DNA from: the human T2T-CHM13v2.0 reference genome, Homo sapiens | Length of the DNA: 64,000 bases | Assembly: GCF_009914755.1 (NCBI RefSeq) | Contig: NC_060925.1 | Reading direction: 5' to 3' (one strand) | In this document: positions 63,246 through 64,000 of the stretch, one piece after another | Numbering within the stretch: the first letter of the stretch is position 1 | How the letters are laid out: each line of letters begins with the position of its first letter | Notes under the pieces: model-generated | The model's input: only the letters and a program-made list of their open reading frames with translations | Database searches by the model: none | Told to the model about the DNA's origin: nothing | Position numbers and translations under genes: made by a program

Positions 63246-63656
63246 ATATAGGTAAAGGGAAAGTTTCCCGTTCAACCTCAGAAAGTTCGCTAAAAAATCA
63301 ACTCATAAAAGGCAGATTAATAGGAGAAAAAGCATACAAATTTATTTGATCATAGCTTTGCATGACGCAGGAGCCTTCAGAATGAAGTCCCAACTTCCTA
63401 ATGCAGAAGCTTATATACCATCTTGAGGTTACAGAAAGAATAGAGGCATGGATCCTGGCAAACTAGGTATGGGACAGGGAGAAGAGGAATTCTGTTGAAG
63501 AACAATAAGTAATTACTAGGCAGAATTCAGTGGACTTGCAGAACATACAATGGTCTAGGACAAAGTCTATTAGGCCTGCAGAGCAGGCAATGGTTTGTGA
63601 CAAAAGTCTGTACAGGTTTTTTAACAGACGTTAGTCTTCCTTCCTGCGATATGCAT
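63246..63656 (-). mobile_element. MER34/MER39-like LTR (interrupted)
   Basis: aaggcagattaataggagaaaaagcatacaaatttatt. Confidence 0.65.
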
Positions 63657-64000
63657 TGAGGACTGAACTTTGACCTTTTGTCTTTTGCCCAAATTCCTAT
63701 CTAAGGGACCTTCGGAATCACACCCTAGAAACCATAGATTCTGGTTTGCTATTAACCTGGTATAATGTGGATTCCTTTCCAACCCGACTTTAGTATAGCA
63801 TCACACGACAGAGAGCAGACCCTCTGTATCTTAACTCAAGCATTTCTTTCTACCGACTTCAAGTGTTTATACAACAGTTTAACTCTCTCAGTTGTCATCT
63901 TGAGAATCCCTAAAACCCATCTATGATTTGTAAGCCCCAGTTTCAAGACGTCTGCCTGTTCAGGCCGGACCAATGTCCTGCCTGTTCAGGCCAAATTTTG
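63657..64000 (+). mobile_element. MER4D/E-like LTR (runs off the window)
   Basis: tgaggactgaactttga...cccaaattcctatctaaggg start. Confidence 0.7.

Noticed and set aside
63951-63993. Short direct repeat ctgcctgttcaggcc x2
   Set aside because: Local slippage duplication in an LTR; only two units, not a CRISPR-like array.

Overview
Primate (human/great-ape-like) genomic DNA made up mostly of transposable elements. I recognise no cellular protein-coding gene, RNA gene or CRISPR array; essentially all long ORFs in the track come from LINE-1, Alu, LTR or simple repeats. Positions 1-22.9 kb are one nested stack: an old L1MB-type host has been invaded by younger L1MA/L1PB/L1PA copies, LTRs, Alus and a DNA transposon. 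Positions 23-64 kb mix L2/MIR/L3, Alus, a long old minus-strand L1 with nested LTRs, MaLR and MER4-group LTRs, and a truncated HERV-H with its LTR7. I found no evidence of a new gene system. The most unusual structure is a head-to-head pair of L1PA4/5-like elements (5049-9746 minus; 10048-12856 plus). Each has its own TSD, and they carry complementary deletions. They share an ~875-bp inverted arm that is ~98.5% identical and carries about 12 shared non-consensus variants, while their 3' ends are ~8% divergent. This pattern fits arm-to-arm gene conversion and a possible invertible segment. Other points of interest are three apparent L1 3' transductions, a G-depleted solo LTR (possible APOBEC3 hypermutation), a twin-primed L1, and an AluY with an atypical mutation spectrum. 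Subfamily names come from recalled consensus sequences and all counts are manual, so both need RepeatMasker/alignment confirmation.
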